Positions 61,903 to 64,000 of a stretch of DNA of 64,000 nt are shown here, piece after piece. The stretch covers positions 620,001 through 684,000 of the forward strand of contig SMSO01000004.1 of NCBI GenBank assembly GCA_004764695.1. Direction: 5' to 3'. The notes beneath the pieces are model-generated. The model ran no database searches. It had not been told where the DNA came from and saw nothing but the letters and a program-made list of their open reading frames with translations. This DNA comes from Schizochytrium sp. TIO01. Its lineage: Eukaryota > Protista > Bigyra: Labyrinthulomycetes. The stretch's first letter is position 1. Every line of letters begins with the position of its first letter. A program made the position numbers and the translations under genes.

Positions 61903-63529
61903 GGCCTGGCTTCGAAATGGTCATATAAAGATCATTTTATGATACCATAAGCTTCAGGTGCCCCTCGTGATGCTGTTCATGGTTTATTTTTAACTACAAA
62001 GAAATAGCTCCCTATAGTAGCTTGAGATTTCGTGGTGGGTTCTCAAAGAGATAATAAATGAGTGTTTGTCTCAGAAAGTTTGGAAACTGTGGCAGACTGT
62101 AAGGTAACATGATTGATTCGAGAAGTTAATGTAGAACTAGTTCAAAACACCTTTCTGAAGATAATTTTCTAAATAAATACATGCAAGTCTTTGCTTTGGT
62201 TCTTCAACTCCAATTTGCCTTTGTGTAAAGGGCATAAATGTCGGGGTGATTACTTGGGATTGGAGTTGTGATAGATGATTTTCTACATATATACGAGTGT
62301 TGCTTTACTCTACTTTTTGAACCCCATTTTGTTTCACAAATCTAAAGGAATTAATGGTTAGAGTGACCGGTTGACATTCATTCAAGCTGCTGCAAGCAGA
62401 GGCTAGATTTGTATAGAAAGCATATGTGGTTCTTCAAACATAAATTCGTATGCATGCAAATGTGTCTGAGTCCTCCAATACAAGCTACGGGTGTCTTGAT
62501 GATAATTTAAGTATAGGATATTCTTAATGGAAGAGAAGTCTAATTGCCTTGTTATATGATCTTCGGCGTTTGGGAGAAGGGTTGGTAAGCGTTACGTGCT
62601 AGCGCTTCATCATGAGTTGGATAGAGATACTTTTATTTTGTTGTCAAATTAATAATTAAACTTCTCTCCAACCAAGTAGTTCATCGTTACAGTGCCCAAG
62701 ATGGTTTTGCATCAACTGGGGAAACCAACGCCTAACTTCTTGTTTTCTGACTAATGCAGATCAACTTGAAGGTGATCTTTGAGGAGAAAAAAGTGCACGC
62801 TCGCAATCTCGACAACTTCCAAACTACTGTATCTTCTCTAGGCTCAAACTGAGCTGCGTAACCACCTGGATTTAGGTTTATTCAATAAGCGATCAACTAG
62901 ATCAGAGAACTAGTAAGAAAATGAAAATGACCATTACTTTTCAGCATCTATATTAATTACGTTTCATGAGCTTCCTCTCCCTTCGTCGGTTTCAACCAGC
63001 TTCCTTCCCATCATTTAATACATGGTGTGAGCTCAAGAGAAAATTCAAAGTCGACGCTGCCAACTCTACTTCGAAGTGGACCGCCTTATGTTATCGGATC
63101 AAAGCCTGGACTACTTACTACCAGCAACCTCGATGTTTTCATCTTCGTTCTAAAGATCCTTATCATACCAGTGAGAGCTTGAGCTCTTAGCATTCTTATC
63201 ACGTCTCCTCGAATCTGTGCAGCATTGCAATCGTCTCTCACTCGCGTTACAGTTTCGCAGGATTGAAACGAGTTTCATCACTAAAATGGGTAAAACAAAA
63301 CTAAACGAAACATAGGTAAGTAAAGCAAAGCAAAGTAAAGTAAAGTAAAGAGAAGACAGGAGAAACAAGGAAGCAGAGGAAGTGTGGGGACTTACTTCTG
63401 CACTACGTTGTTTACAAATATTTTATTCATGACGTTTAATAATAATAATAACAATAATAATAAATTACAATATATATATATAAATCCAATTGAAAAAACA
63501 ATTGAAAAAACAATAAAAAACGAAAGAGG

Positions 63530-64000
63530 TTAAAAGCAAAAGAAATGTGGCGTTCTTCGCGAGAGGGAATCCGTCGGGATCATTGACGAACAGCTCTTGC
63601 CATCATCGTCCTCAGGATGATATCCAGCTATCCGCTCCACTTCGAGGCCATACGTAGATCTCCTTTGGTCCATCCCCCCGTGCAAGCTCGCTGCGGCCGC
63701 AGGTTCGGCCACCTAGAAGGCACAACTCCAGCCAAGATTCAGGTTTCGGCAGCTCGAAGTTACAGGCAGGTCCTGGCCACCACCCGCTCCGGAGCAGCGA
63801 CAACACAGCCGACCAGCGCAACCACATTGCACCGCTGCAGGCAATGGCGGTGACGATGGCTGCGACGATTGTATTGGCACAAGCAATGGCGGCATGATAG
63901 GTATTCTCCTTCGTGTATGGGGGTCCCTTTGCCCGAGGCAGCGGCAGCAATGCGAGCAGGACTCCAAGCCCGCGCTTCCCAGTTTAGCAGGGACCTTGTT
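63530..64000 (-). other. Possible 3' end of a minus-strand gene or pseudogene running in from the right edge
   Basis: GC-rich block that ends abruptly at an AT-rich tract. One frame has a TM-like stretch (AAIACANTIVAAIVTAIACSG); another is open from the edge to 63530 except for one TAG at 63713-63715. No family recognised. Confidence 0.35.

Overview
Eukaryotic nuclear DNA: long, apparently intron-free CDSs separated by AT-rich spacers full of microsatellites. The style suggests a stramenopile, possibly a thraustochytrid (inference, not verified). The left part (1-38.3 kb) holds housekeeping genes: a 5'-truncated ACAP-type ArfGAP with GYF domains, a 13-kb gene-free interval, an ELM2-SANT/PHD/polyQ chromatin protein, ARP4, beta'-COP and COG5. 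The right part (38.9-62 kb) looks more accessory: a divergent phosphatidylserine decarboxylase, a 1.1-kb (GAAATA)n array, a secreted SGNH hydrolase, an NADP-dependent Zn alcohol dehydrogenase, a RING E3 ligase, an orphan secreted protein, a leishmanolysin-like metalloprotease and a CAX Ca2+/H+ exchanger. Four genes (ARP4, beta'-COP, the metalloprotease, CAX) are broken by five single-base indels in short homopolymers or repeats that can be repaired by eye; these are most likely consensus errors, so the ORF track mis-calls those genes. I found no tRNA, rRNA, CRISPR array or intact transposon, and I cannot support a complete new multi-gene system. The best leads are the GYF-ArfGAP fusion, the altered decarboxylase active site, the split SANT domain, four E-boxes in front of the metalloprotease, a telomere-like insert at a duplication junction and a recurrent non-coding palindrome TAGGTACCTA.
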